Shown here: positions 12,904 through 25,987 of the stretch, one piece after another
Numbering within the stretch: position 1 is the stretch's first letter
Layout of the letters: each line of letters begins with the position of its first letter
From: Podarcis cretensis
Lineage: Eukaryota
Assembly (NCBI GenBank): GCA_951804945.1
Contig: OX638152.1
Coordinates: 26,970,001 to 27,034,000 of the forward strand
Reading direction: 5' to 3'
DNA: 64,000 nucleotides
Made by a program: the position numbers and the translations under genes
Notes under the pieces: model-generated
Database searches by the model: none
What the model was told of the DNA's origin: nothing
The model's input: the letters and a program-made list of their open reading frames with translations, nothing else

Positions 12904-14848
12904 GACTAGATTATATACGTTCAGGGCTGTTGGAAGGAAGGAAGGAACTTCTAAGTAAAAACGATGGAGAAGAGTCTGCGGGAAGCAGGACTCTGCTCTC
13001 TATAAAAGATTGACAAATGAAACATCGCACATTGTTAAAACAATAATGTGAAGAGAATAGTAAGTGAGCAAGAAGAATCTAAGGTTATGGAACCACCTGT
13101 TAACATGGAATAACCTGACTTTAGGGGCAGAGTTGCTTTCAAAGTAGTACTAGGTACATTAATTTTCTAATTGTCAGTTTCATCTGCTATATCTTGTTAG
13201 ATAATATCGTTGGGAAGGAGTCGTTTAACAAGCCCTGTAAGTGGAAGACCTCCACAATCACTTGCGCTTGCACATGACTTTCTTAACTCGTCCCTTGCTC
13301 CCCTTCCCCCTCCCCCAAAAAATATATGGGGGGGGGGTTGGTTGGTTGGTTGGTTGGTTGGTAAAACTCTCAGGGGAGGGAGATTGTTTCCATTGGACAA
13401 GCTGAGATGCTTGCACAGATGTTAATGCTGGCCATATCACAACTTTGAATTCCACCCTTTGTTATCTTGTGAACCACCCTGAGATCTTTTGATGAAGGGT
13501 GGTATGTAAATCTAATAAATAAAATAATTTGTTCCATATGGTCATGGCTGTAGGTCACATACATGACTGCAGAAACTTTAGCTGCCTCAGAGATTTCAGT
13601 ACCCAGGTTTGGGGAAGTGGGTGGAGGTGGCTAAACAGGTTTATATTTGCAGTGTGCAGTATGCAAACAAGTTCTCTAGATAGCATAGCTCTTAACTCCA
13701 TGTACCATGGAAATAGCATCTCCGTTTTTCATGCTGCAAAGCAGCTGCCTTATTCTCTAGTGCAGACAAAAACTAGTTTCACTTTCAAGTTTGGGGCAAC
13801 CAGCGACGTTTATTTTAAAAAGAGGTCTATTGTCAGAACCATCTTAGGGAAGCAACCTTAGCCTGTCTTGCATGATGGAAAATAATTGAGGGTTGAGGAG
13901 GAAAATTAAGCCTTATAGTTTTATCATAAGTAGTTACCTTAAAAATATGAATCTGCCTTAAATGAAGTCCATTTATCTGCATAGTCCAGTGCTGTCAACT
14001 CTGGCAGTTTCTCTCCAGGATGATGCCTAGGATTTTTCCAAAGTCTTTCTGCCCAGAAATGTCATGGATCTTAAACCTGGATCTTGTTCATACCAAGGTT
14101 TTTCTTTAGCAGTGAGCTATGGCTTTTCCTGTGTGCCCCCCTCCTTTCTGGGGCAGCACCTCATGCCTCATACTGCTTTAAGAAAGGGGCTGAGAAGCTT
14201 CTATGAATAGCACACATAGTGCTTTGAATCCTACAGTTTGTTTTTATTTAAGTTTGGAAAAAACACTTAACATCCATAATCATAGTCACAGGAAACATTG
14301 TAGTTTTATAGTATGTATGTATGTATGTATGTATAAATAAATAATAGATTGCACATCATATTTTGTTTCAGTGCTGAGTAAGTAGTACCTAGTTAATAAA
14401 TTTGTCTTGACAATGAGTATAGTATGGTTAGTTTGCGTAATCATTGCAACCTGGTGGTGGTTTTTTTTAAAAAAAAATACATTCTGTGTAGGTGTCTATA
14501 TAAATCGTTACAAATTATATGGCACAGACCTCAGTATTTTCCTTTCAGATGATTCTAGTTTGGTTTAAATAAGGCGTGGGGAATGTTTTTAGCTCCATGG
14601 GCCAGATTCTTATAAGGATCTGCCTTGCAGGGCAAATTTGACAGGTGTCAGTCAACTGATACCAGGGAATTTGGTGCTTTGAAGTCCCAGGATTTCAAAG
14701 CAGGAAACAAGGCTGTGAAAGTGAAGGCTTCTTCCTTCCTTTTGCAGGACAAACCTTTCCTTTAGCAGCGCCTTGCTGTCTGCTACATGCACAGTCAAAA
14801 TGAGCAGGTTAGGGGGCATGATAGTTGCCTGCAGGTAAACCTCATGTA

Positions 14849-15076
14849 CAGTGGTGCCCCGCAAGACGAATGCCTCGCAAGACGAAAAACTCGCTAGACG
14901 AAAGAGTTTTCCGTTTTTGAGGTGCTTCGCAAGACGAATTTCCCTATGGGCTTGCTTTGCAAGACGAAACCGCTAATAGCCGCTAAGCCGCTAATAGCCA
15001 TGCTTCGCAAGACAAAAAAACCGCAAGACGAAGAGACTCGCGGAACGGATTAATTTCGTCTTACGAGGCACCACTG
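14849..15076 (+). mobile_element. Tigger/mariner-type MITE, family A (short copy)
   Basis: TA|CAGTGGTGCC...GGCACCACTG|TA; internal GCAAGACGAA repeats. Confidence 0.9.
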
Positions 15077-15909
15077 TACCCAGACCAAGCAGGATCCCCC
15101 CTCAATACATCAGCCAATGCACCATTGGGCGGAGGGGATCATGCTTAGCAAAGGGGGGCGTTGCATAAGAGAGCTCCCTGCAGGTTGCTCTCTTGTATGC
15201 TTGGACCAAACAGAATTGCCCTCCTTTCACATCAGGGTGGTTTAAGCAAGCGGGCAGGTGGTTGCAGTGGAGAAGTAGAGCAGACTCTTCTCCCTTACCC
15301 TTCTGCCACTGGCTCTTCTTAAAGACAAAGTGCAAGTTACTCCAAATAGTCCTTTTACAAAGGGCTTTTATCACTGCTCATCAGTGATGAGCAGGGATTA
15401 AATCCTGCTGCTTTGGCTGCATGATCCTGTTCCTTGCTTGGGAATAGGCCATACAGCTAATGTAGGAGGAATAAACCATCTCCTCCCATCCATCAGCAGT
15501 CCCGTGGGTGGACGTGGTTTGGAGTAATTGGCCTGACAAGCCAATCTTGGCCCACCAATCGGAAGTTCCCCATCCTTGGTTTAAAGAGTACTGTGGCAGT
15601 ACCTGGCGCTTTTTGTCTGCCATAGCACAGTGGCACAATTAGATGGAGTTGTAATTGAATAGCTTGAAAATGTTGCAAATATTTGCTGTTGCTTTCCTTA
15701 CCCTTTGGGCAAAAGTTGGTATCTTTGTGGCTAACCATTTCACTTGAATCTTACATGTAAACTGCGAAGTTTTAAAACACCTTGTCCAGCTGTCCCAAGT
15801 CTGTTTTTATCTGCAAGGAAATATACCCCCCACCCCAAGCCTTGGAGTCTGTTATGGCTGCAAATGCCTTTTCACTGCAAGTGTTCTTTTTTCCTTTTAT
15901 TTTCATAAG

Positions 15910-16157
15910 GAATGTCATTGTCAGCAGGATCTTCTCCCCTTCATTCCCCTAAAATTACTCCTCACACGTCTCCTGCTCCTAGACGAAGAAGTCATACACC
16001 AAACCCAGCAAATTACATGGTGCCTACTAGTGCCTCTACGCCAGTTACTAATGCTGTCTCCCAGCCGCCAGCTGCTGGCCAGGTGATTCAGAAGGAAACT
16101 GTGGGTGGCACAACCTATTTCTATACTGACACAACTCCAGCACCTGTAACTGGAATG
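15910..16157 (+). CDS. PAN3: PAN3 exon 7
   Basis: ataag|GAATG...ATG|gtgaga; 248 nt; MSLSAGSSPLHSPKITPHTSPAPRRRSHTPNP...GGTTYFYTDTTPAPVTGM. Confidence 0.97.
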
Positions 16158-17534
16158 GTGAGAATTCCGTTTTACTTATGAAGCTTTTTGTTATAATCCA
16201 TAAATTAATGCTGGTATTCCATATAGTAATTACCACATTTCCAAGCTTGATTTGCATCTTGGCTGTTAGTGTTGACTGCCACTGTGGCTTCCTTTTCTGT
16301 CTTGCAAAGCTTTCCTATTTGCACACAGTTTATATACTGCCCTTTATATCAGAATATTATATTATTAACAAGTAAATAATAAAACCACAGGGCAGTTTAC
16401 AGTATAAACACACAGAAATACATAACATACCAACAAACTAAACAACCTGCACCCAATAGTTCATGAGGCCATAGACCATTTAATTAGCCAAAGGCCTGTC
16501 AGCAAAGGAATATTTTGGCCTGGCACCTAAATATTTGTAATGAAGGTATCAGATTAGCCCCCCCTGGAGAGAGCATGGCACAGAGAAGGGCTCGGATGAT
16601 GATCTCAGGGTCCAGGGCAGTTCATATGGGGAGAGGTGGTCGGAATAAACCATGGTTTATCATGATGGGAATGAACCTACATGAGCCTTGGACTTAAGTC
16701 CTTTGCTTTCCTCCACAAGTGTGGCTGCAAGTAAGAGTGGAAGCTTCCTATTTCAATTAACTTTCATTTAGCAGTCTATCCAAACCCTAAACTGGTCAAT
16801 AATTATGGTTTGAAATTGGCTTTTTCATACAAAGCTTAGGTTGAATGATACGAAAAACTCCAGAAACAGAAATGAAAGCTTCCAAACTCTTTCATCTGTG
16901 TAGTGGAGGAGTACATGAGTCTGAGGCTTGTTGAGTCTCCTTCCTTTCATGATAAACTGATTAAAGAGCAGCTTGGGGAGAGGCATAGGTCTGCTGTCGA
17001 TCACATGCTTTTGCATACGCAATGTTCTAGGTTCTGTTTCTTACATCTTCATTTAAACTATTTCTAGTAGGCAGGGAAAGATCTCTGGCTGAGACCTTGT
17101 TGCCTGCCGGAGTAGGCACTAGTAGACCAGAAAGACCAATGATCAGATTCTGTAGAAGGCAGTTCCATGTTCTCAGAAGAATTACACAGGCGGTTGATGT
17201 ATGAGTAAGCCCTTTATTAGTGGGATGAATGGCATAGAAATCTAAGAGCCTAGACTAGGTGGCATCAGAGATTCCCTCTATGTGAGATTGTATGTGCAGC
17301 TTTGTTGGCTTTTTATTTTAAGGCCATTGCCCCCTAAGAAAACCAGACATGCTCTCTGACATGGCAGAATCTGTTGCATCTTGAGCCCTTAGGGCAGGTA
17401 ACAGCAGCGTTTGGCAAACTTTGTGCATGACTTGGGTAGTTTGCCACCATGATGCTTTCATTAGAATGTTAGATACTTTCTTAAGTATAAGATAAATACA
17501 TCCTATTCCGCCACCCACTCTGTTAGTCTTTATA

Positions 17535-17555
17535 GTCTATCTATCTGTCTGTCTA

Positions 17556-17590
<35 letters not shown>

Positions 17591-17610
17591 ATCTATCTAT
17601 CTATCTATCT
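17535..17610. repeat. Compound (TCTG/TCTA)n microsatellite
   Basis: Direct inspection. Confidence 0.9.
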
Positions 17611-18240
17611 TACCCCACTGTTCAGCTCTGAGAATCTAGGCTAGTGACACTTAAAAGAATTAATGAACAAGAACAGCATCAGCTTAAAAAAAATAATTTC
17701 AAATAATACAACACAAAAAGTTGAGTAAGTATCAGCTTAAACTAAAATTCAATGAAGGATTAAAGCCCGGGCTTGGTACCAATAAGTTTCAGCACCATAC
17801 CTCCTCCATGAATGGGGTGTTGCTACCACTGAAAAGACTCCCAAGCTGCCACCTGCCTTATCTCCCTAAGCCAGGTGCACTCTGAGAAAGGCTTTTGAGG
17901 ATGGTTATAGGACATGTGCAGGCTTGGGATGTGCATTTTATGTAGCCCTTATTACCTAGCCAGATTCATATTCCTTGTGTTTCCTCATGCTGACCCTGTA
18001 CTAATATTTTGCACACTTTCCATACAAACTTATTATTCTCCCAGAATTTCAAGTTTGGATTTTGAAAGTAATTAATTCAGATGCTGATGACTTTGCAGCT
18101 GCAACCATAAATATGCACCCATAAGTATGCTCATACTTTTTTTGATATGGCTTCTGTGGAACCACTTCAGAGGGCTTTTAAAAGATCTCATAACTTTTCA
18201 AATCCTAAAAACTGTCTGTTCCAAATTTTATCTTCAATAG

Positions 18241-18345
18241 GTGTTCCCAAATTACCACATTTATCCTCCAACTGCGCCTCATGTTGCTTACATGCAGCCA
18301 AAAGCAAATGCACCTTCTTTCTTCATGGCAGATGAACTCAGACAG
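18241..18345 (+). CDS. PAN3: PAN3 exon 8
   Basis: caatag|GTG...CAG|gtaagt; VFPNYHIYPPTAPHVAYMQPKANAPSFFMADELRQ. Confidence 0.97.
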
Positions 18346-20072
18346 GTAAGTTCTTTCTAGTAATATTCTAACAGATTTCCTCCCACCACAAAATTTCTCT
18401 GCCACCTTCCGCTTGCCCAATGTTATCTGCAATGCTGTATCATAAAAAAAGAACTTTGTTTCTGGGAAAATTAATGAGATTTAAGTAAGCAGGTGAAATA
18501 GGTATATAAAAACAGAATTGATGGTTTTTGGGATATGTGTCTTCTTTGGCTGCAATCTTATGCACACTTGCTTGGGAGTAAAAATACCTCTTATATCTTA
18601 CCTTTGCCAACCACACCATGGCAGAAGTCTGTGCAAAAGTTATTCTTGTTAACAGCAGGCCTAACTTTTTAAAGATTTCCTACACACACAGTATTGGCAG
18701 AACAGATGGTGAATCAATTTGAAACAGGGTTGGGTTACTGTTTCCTCTCAGATATTGTTGGAATACAACCCCTATCATCCCTGTCTGTTGGTCATGCTGG
18801 CTGGGGCTGATGGTATCTTTGCTACAAGGTGACTTTTTCAAAGCCATCCATGGCATGGAAAATGCCTTATTAAAGAATCTTAACCCACTGCCTCTTTACC
18901 TTTTCCATATCTGCTTTTTGGAGTGGGCTGCCAAGTATGTCTGTTCTTGCTGTGATAGTTGGAAACCTTAGGGCTCTTCCTGCAGCATTGCAATTTGTCT
19001 TCCCTACCTCACTGCACATTTAAAGCACTTTCTGTCATATCAGACTCCATCTTGCGAGACTGAGTTAGAACTCAAAATCATCTCAGTAAATTGGAAACAT
19101 TTTCAGCAAAAAGTAGAAACTTAATAAGGACAAATGCAAGTCTCTTCTTTACTAGAAACAGATTGCTGCCAAAGAAATGTGGGTCAGTCAAGTAACAATA
19201 CGGAAAAGGGCCTTAACCTTAGTTTAAAACAAAGTTTGCCTAAGCATCGCTACAAGGCTTTGCAAAATAATCACAAGGGATATAAAAGGCGACTTCTGTA
19301 CTCTGTGCTGTATTCTGATTTGTTGAGACCTTTGGATTGCCATGTTCAGTACATAGTTTACTTGCCTGCTTTTTACTCATTAGAAGTCTAATGGAGGACA
19401 GGTCAGCCTGGGCTCCTTTGGGAGGAAGGTCAGAACAGAATTTTCATAAACAGAGTTCTGTCCTTCCCCCAGCAGCACACCCACTTTCCTGGATGCAATA
19501 ATTCATTGTTTATCATGAATTCAAAGCCACTCCTGATCGCAGTGTGATAGAAGATAGGAGTTGTTAATGTCTGCCATTGAGCAGAGAAGACTGAGAGCAG
19601 CTTCATTAGTGTTCAGATGAAATTATGGTTGCCCTGAGAAGGATAGAGACTGGCAATGTATAGATGGGGGACAAGAAATAAAACTTGAACTGCAGTCTTG
19701 GCTAGGCTTTAGAAATACCATTCTACAATGAAAGAATAGCAGAACCTTGGTTCAGATTCCCCAGGATGCAGAGGTCTGTGGAGTTACCTGAAGATCAGGT
19801 TTGACAAACAATTTGATGGGGCTGGTTCAGGCGGGTTCAGTAGATGAACTGATTGAGTGACTATAGGATTTCTTAAAGGTTGCTTCCAGCCATGTCCTTA
19901 GACAAGGGTAGCTTTAGTTAGGGATTCTGCTTCTATAAGGGGGTTCTGATAGTCCAAGTCCTTTTTCAGGTCTGTTTCTATGCTTTTGTGATTAACCGAA
20001 GCAGCATATAAGAAACAGCAAACTAGAATTTCATGTCCTTATTGGTAAGACTGCCAAAATGTATTCCTATAG

Positions 20073-20130
20073 GAGCTGATCAACAGACACTTAATTACAA
20101 TGGCTCAGATAGATCAAGCAGATATGCCTG
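20073..20130 (+). CDS. PAN3: PAN3 exon 9
   Basis: ctatag|GAG...CCTG|gtaagt; ELINRHLITMAQIDQADMP. Confidence 0.96.
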
Positions 20131-21043
20131 GTAAGTAACTAAAGATCCTGAATTTAAATTGCATTTTTAAGCCGGTCTTTTGCTTGCTGTGTTTGCTACT
20201 GCAGTTAGATATATGAATAATCAATTTGCATATTAAAGCAAAGCCATTCTGAATGCAGGATTGACTATAATCCAGTGGAGTCTCTGTATTAGGTTCTTTC
20301 AAGCTCCTTTTCAATGCATTTATTCAGTAGTGCACAATCCAAACTTTTCTTATTTATTTCTTTAAATAATTAGTATAATGCAACCCTGAGGAAATATTTG
20401 TTACGTGGATGACACAGTCTGTGAAAATAAGTACTGTACAAAATCTCTCGTGCTTCAGTGGATCTCTTCTGTCTTTTATTTGTTTTTCTTCTTCAGAAAC
20501 AAAATGCATCATATTTGAAATTCAAAGTGATATAGAACAAAAAGTTTTGCAAAATCACATAATAATAACATATGAAACTAGGTCTGCTGCAGACATGGCT
20601 GGGATCACTCCTTTGGGGTGGCCTGTCTGAATAAAAACGTCTTCAGTTCCTAATGAGTGCCAGTTACTGCACTTGATTTAGATGTGAACTGCTATACTGA
20701 AACTCATCAGGGTGCTCCCAAGACAAATTTAACAATGTCTCTGTGCATAAGGCTCTGTCAGGTCTCAGATTTTCCCATTCAGTGCATCAAAGTGTACAAT
20801 GTCTTCAACAAGGCAGGAATAAAAGCTTGCCTTAAACTGATAATGTAAAATTAAAACTCCCATAAGTATCTTCTAGTAGAGTTTACCCTTAGGGTTTACA
20901 CACTCAGGTTTTAGATTTTTGGTTCTTGTCCTACTCTTCTCCCATTATGACCAACTGGCACCAAGCACACTATTTCCTACCCCATCTATAAAATATGTGA
21001 ATCAGGATCTTAGTGCAAATACTGAACACCCTTTTCTTCAGTA

Positions 21044-21397
21044 CAGTGGTGCCTCGCAAGACGAAATTAATCTGTTCCGTGAGGCTCTTCGTATAGCGGT
21101 TTTTTCGTCTTGCGAAGCAAGCCCATTGACAGCTTAGCTGATTAGCGCTATTAGCAGTTTAGCGGCTTTTAGCGATCAGCTGTTAAGCGGCTTATCAGCG
21201 GATCAGCTGATAAGCGGCTTAGCGGTTTAGGAAAAGGGGGGGGAGGGGAAAAACCCCGCAGGAACTCGCAAGACATTTTCGTCTTGCGAAGCAAGCCCAT
21301 AGGGAAATTCATTTTGCGAAGCGCCTCCAAAACGGAAAACCCTTTCGTCTAGCGGGTTTTCCGTCTTGCGAGGCGTTCATCTTGCGGGGCACCACTG
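21044..21397 (-). mobile_element. Tigger/mariner-type MITE, family A (inverted copy)
   Basis: Same TIRs and TA TSD; reverse complement of the 42336 copy. Confidence 0.9.
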
Positions 21398-21636
21398 TAT
21401 TGCAGATTTCTGAATTTTCCAAAGCAAACCTGCGTGTTGTGGTAAAAGTTGAAAAGTTGTATAGGATTTGCATCAAAGTTTGTTGTCAGAGCTTTGTTAC
21501 AGTCTTCTAAACCAATGTGAGTGTGTGTGTGTTTGTGTGTGTGTGTATTGTCTTGTCATTGAATTGCTTTGTCTATAATAACTCTTTTCTTCATAATTTT
21601 AAGTAGTGTCTAATGTATTTCCGTAAACTGGTTTAG

Positions 21637-21798
21637 CTGTCCCAACAGAAGTTGACAGCTACCACAGCCTTTTCCCTTTGGAGCCAGTGCCACCACCCAA
21701 TCGGATACAGAAAACAAGCAACTTTGGGTATATAACATCATGCTACAAAGCTGTAAATAGCAAAGATGATCTGCCATATTGCCTTCGGAGGATACATG
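21637..21798 (+). CDS. PAN3: PAN3 exon 10 (start of pseudokinase domain)
   Basis: tttag|CT...CATG|gtgagg; AVPTEVDSYHSLFPLEPVPPPNRIQKTSNFGYITSCYKAVNSKDDLPYCLRRIH. Confidence 0.97.
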
Positions 21799-22090
21799 GT
21801 GAGGGAAATTACAAGTTCTCATATTTTAAAATTCAATTCTACCAGTACTTAAGCCTCAAAACATTTTTGTTTCTTTGTCGATAAACCTCAAACTGGATTT
21901 AAAATCAAATTGTTCCTTTTAAATAATGGAATGGAATTGGGTATGGCTAATAATCCATAAAGCAGGCTATGATCATATGTGTGTTTTTTGGGTCGTGTCT
22001 TTTACTAGCACTCTAGTACTTTAGAATAAATGTGAAAGCGACATTAAAATAGCCAAAAATCTTTGAAATGTGAAAGATTTTCTTTCTCAG

Positions 22091-22207
22091 GTTTTCGTCT
22101 TGTTAACACAAAGTGCATGGTGCTGGTTGACATGTGGAAAAAAATCCAACACTCAAACATTGTCACATTGCGAGAAGTATTCACCACTAAAGCATTTGGA
22201 GAACATT
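22091..22207 (+). CDS. PAN3: PAN3 exon 11
   Basis: tctcag|GT...CATT|gtaagt; GFRLVNTKCMVLVDMWKKIQHSNIVTLREVFTTKAFGEH. Confidence 0.97.
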
Positions 22208-22300
22208 GTAAGTTTCTTATTTTTAAGATGTTAGCCAATCGTATTGGAAGACTTGCCTCAATTGCATAGCTAATTCTCACCTCGGACTTTTTTTGAAAAG

Positions 22301-22402
22301 CTCTTGTGTTTGCCTATGACTTCCACGCTGGAGGAGAGACTATGATGAGCAGACACTTCAATGATCCAAGTGCTGATGCCTATTTCACAAAAAGGAAGTG
22401 GG
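22301..22402 (+). CDS. PAN3: PAN3 exon 12
   Basis: gaaaag|CT...TGGG|gtaagg after a 93-nt intron; SLVFAYDFHAGGETMMSRHFNDPSADAYFTKRKW. Confidence 0.97.
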
Positions 22403-22941
22403 GTAAGGCCAGCAAATGAGATCTATGTTTTTGTTTTTCCAGTGGACAAAAATTAGGGAACTACAGTTGAAGTATTGTAACTTGGCATTGTACATACCTT
22501 TGCTGCAATTTAGGCTTCTTGAAGTGTTCAGAACATAATGTATACATGGCAGTTGTGCTGGTTATTGCAAACTGGTTTTGATGCTGCATTCACAAATATA
22601 GTTTGGTGGATCAGGCTGGAGGACATTACTCTCTTAGGGTATGGCACCCCCCCCCCCCCCCTAGTGATGACAAGCAGCGTTCTAGAAAGTCTTTTGCCTC
22701 CAAATGGGAGTCACCTCTTTTCCTTTACAGCAAAAAACCTAAAGGAAAGGGGAGAGCAAACAAAGAACCCGTAGGGGAAAGCCTGCACTGACAAAAAGGC
22801 GGCGGCGGGGGGGGGGTATCTTGCACTAAAAACCCCACATTGCTAGGGGGCAAGAGGAAACAAAAGGGAATGAGAGGCAGTTCAGACATGCTAAAAGAAG
22901 ATTCTCAGATTTAAAGCAAAAAGAAGGCCAGCAAACAAGCC

Positions 22942-23192
22942 AAGAAGAAGAGAAGAGTTTGGATTTGATACCCTGCCTTTCACTCCCTTTAAGGAGTCTC
23001 AAAGCGGCTAACATTCTCCTTTCCCTTCCTCCCCCACAACAAACACTCTGTGAGGTGAGTGAGGCTGAGAGACTTCAAAGAAGTGTGACTGGCCCAAGGT
23101 CACCCAGCAGCTGCATGTGGAGGAGCGGAGACGCGAACCCGGTTCCCCAGATTGCTAGACTACCGCTCTTAACCACTACACACCACACTGGC
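22942..23192 (-). mobile_element. tRNA-derived SINE (Squam3-type)
   Basis: Reverse complement starts GCCAGTGTGGTG..TAGTGGTTAAGAGC (A box) and GGTTCGCGTC (B box); (CTT)n tail. Confidence 0.85.
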
Positions 23193-23685
23193 AAGCCTCC
23201 GAGGAGAGCAAGCCAGACCCAGTCATTCCCACCCACAGACTGGGTTGGCCTGATGAGTGGGGTGGCCCTCCCACCAGATAGGAGGCAGAAGACTTTCTAA
23301 GACCCCACCTGTCATCACCAGAGGGAGCTGTCATTCCCTATCAGGGGAACGTCCTCCATCCCAATCCACAAACTAGAATTCACAGTAAGAATTCCCAAGA
23401 AGACTAAGGTATTCAGTGCATTCATTTTTTCACCCTAAGGACTTTTGACTGTACAGTGAAAGTTCTCTTCGCTCTTCTTTCTCCATTCACCCCATAAATC
23501 CGATCTGAGTTTCTCCCAACCCTTTGGAGCTTGGTGGGTTGAGTTCAGTTGCTTGCAGTGTGGCTTGGTTGTTTTTTTTTGGGGGGGGGGGTCCTAAGTT
23601 GTTGGGTCAGGTTAGCCATTTGTAATGGTGGTGTGGTTTTTTTAAAAGAGGCATTTGTACATAGGACAAAACTTACGGAACGTAA

Positions 23686-23735
<50 letters not shown>
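23686..23735. repeat. (CT)n(TG)n microsatellite
   Basis: Direct inspection. Confidence 0.9.
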
Positions 23736-23738
<3 letters not shown>

Positions 23739-25821
23739 AACAGGGTTTTGTTGTAATTTTCTCATTTCCCTTAATTTGCATTTGGCAGCACAAGGCTTTG
23801 TATTAAGATAGGGTCTCTTAGTACATTGTGCTTTAAACAGCTTCATCACTTGTTAGTAAAACTGGTATTTGACAGTTAAAGGAAGAGAATTGTGGTTACA
23901 TGGTGGTTTTTCCACATTGTATTCTGCTGTCACCATGTGGTTAGACTTTTTTTTTGCCTTGTCATTTGTTAACACCATCGAGAATTTTATTGTCTAGGAT
24001 GTGGTATAATAAAGTTTTCTGACAGATGAATGAAGGCATAACAGGTTCGGTTTATTTCTGCACTAGACACCTGTGAAGCAGGGGACTAGTGGTGCCCCGG
24101 TTAGCATCCCTTGAACGTGGCAGCCCCTGTTGGTTTGAGCAGGAAGTTGCTTATCTTCAAACCGGAACAAAAACCCAAACCACTAGAGTGGAGGCAGGGG
24201 GGAGATGCAGAATTGAAAGCAAACATTTAATGTGATCAGGCTTACTGAAAGAAACAAAATCCATTTTTTAACCAATCTCTAGATGTACTATTGATTTAAC
24301 ACAACGGACTGAACCAGCTTTCCACAAATCCGCAGCAGATTGAAGGCAGCAGTGTGTGTTTCCTAAATTGCTGTGTCCTCATTCAGTATTGCTTCTGTAA
24401 AGATCTTCACTTTTGTCAGGCTAAAAGTAGAAAGCTTATTCCGGAAATGCTGTATTTCTGAGTGCACTTGAGAGGCATTTGTATGCACATCTGTGTGACC
24501 CATCAAGGTCGGTTAGATTATAATTGTTTGAAGACCCTCACACAAGTATGGCAAACTAAAGGGGGGGGGGGAATACTCCCTGCAGTTAAAAATGCACTTC
24601 AGGGGGTTGTTGCAAGAGAAAGGTCATGGCAAATAGTATGTTTGCACTGCAAAGTAGCTAAACTGCTCTGGTACCAAACACCAAAGCTTCTCTTCAAACC
24701 TGGGGTACTAAAGAGCTATTTGTGGGAAGTGATCCTTGAGTGGAATTCCTCTTGAGGGCAATGTGCAAGATACATGCCTCTGAATCACAACTCAGATCTA
24801 CATTGTATTTGGGCTTCGTTATTCACAGTTCTGGCGTTAACAAACACACCCAAACACCATTCCTTTTCTTTAGAACTCACGTCATATTAACCTGCTTGGC
24901 TGTCTTTGAAAAACATGGGGAGTTTTTGAAAGATAATAGCTGCAGCATATTGCCAGAAGTACATTATTTCCTCAGCAAAGTGCTTGATTCATTGAAAGGT
25001 TCTTAAAGGGTTACTGTCAAACAACAGTCATGAAACAAAACCCTAGGACGAAAAACGTGAAGCGTTCCAAATCTAATGAGTCATAGTATTTGTTGCTTGT
25101 GTATTTGAGCATGTTTTAAACATGCGATGGGATTTGGGTTCATTAACTTGGATACCTTTTTTGTTTTTATATGGAAATACAGAAACAACATTGCTTCTGA
25201 TGTAGTATGAATAAGGGCTTTGGCAGTGTATGTTTGCATCTTTTGCTGCTTGCTTGGTACATTTGAAGAGCCCTGCTCGCTGTCAGGCCAGTAGCCCATC
25301 TAATCCAGTCTGACATAATATATAACTAGAAATGCTTGTGATAAGGTCACAAGCAGGGCATGGTGCCAGTAATGCTGCCCCTTTGCTGCCATCCAGCAAC
25401 TGGTGCTCAGTGGCACACTGCCTCAAACATTAATATTCTGCTAAGCCATCTTTGCTAATAGCAAGTTATGGGTAAACAAATGCATAATCCGCCTTTAAAG
25501 CTGCTTAAGCTGGTGGACGGTGCAACATATTGTGGCAGCCAGTACCAAAAATTAATTATGATACGCTAAGGGATTGTAGCTGCACAATAAAATTCCACCT
25601 TTATACAGTCTGTCTTACTTTTAGTACAATTAAAAGTAAAACAAAATGGCAGTTGTAATTGGGTTGGGTGGGTTGTTCTTACAATTGCCAGTTGCTTTGA
25701 AATAAAGCAGATAATGATTTTAATTAACTAGCATTTTGAAAGAACTTTTGTATTCATTATCCAAACACTTACACAGCTGAAAGTTGTAGATTTCATTCAT
25801 TTTCTCCCATTCTTCTGATAG

Positions 25822-25987
25822 GTCAGCATGATGGACCTTTGCCACGGCAACATGCGGGGTTGTTGCCAGAATCCCTGATTTGGGCCTACATTGTGCAGCT
25901 CAGCTCTGCATTGCGGACCATTCATACAGCAGGATTGGCCTGTCGGGTAATGGACCCCACCAAGATTCTGGTAACTGGAAAAACAAG
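25822..25987 (+). CDS. PAN3: PAN3 exon 13
   Basis: gatag|GT...AAG|gtaaca; GQHDGPLPRQHAGLLPESLIWAYIVQLSSALRTIHTAGLACRVMDPTKILVTGKT. Confidence 0.97.

Noticed and set aside
14849-15076. Periodic GCAAGACGAA repeats resembling a CRISPR-like array (also at 21044 and 42336)
   Set aside because: They are internal subterminal repeats of a TA-flanked MITE; eukaryotic context, irregular spacing, no cas genes
22959-23300. 113-aa ORF nearly duplicated at 47951-48328
   Set aside because: Both are translations of Squam3-type SINE copies, not a duplicated gene
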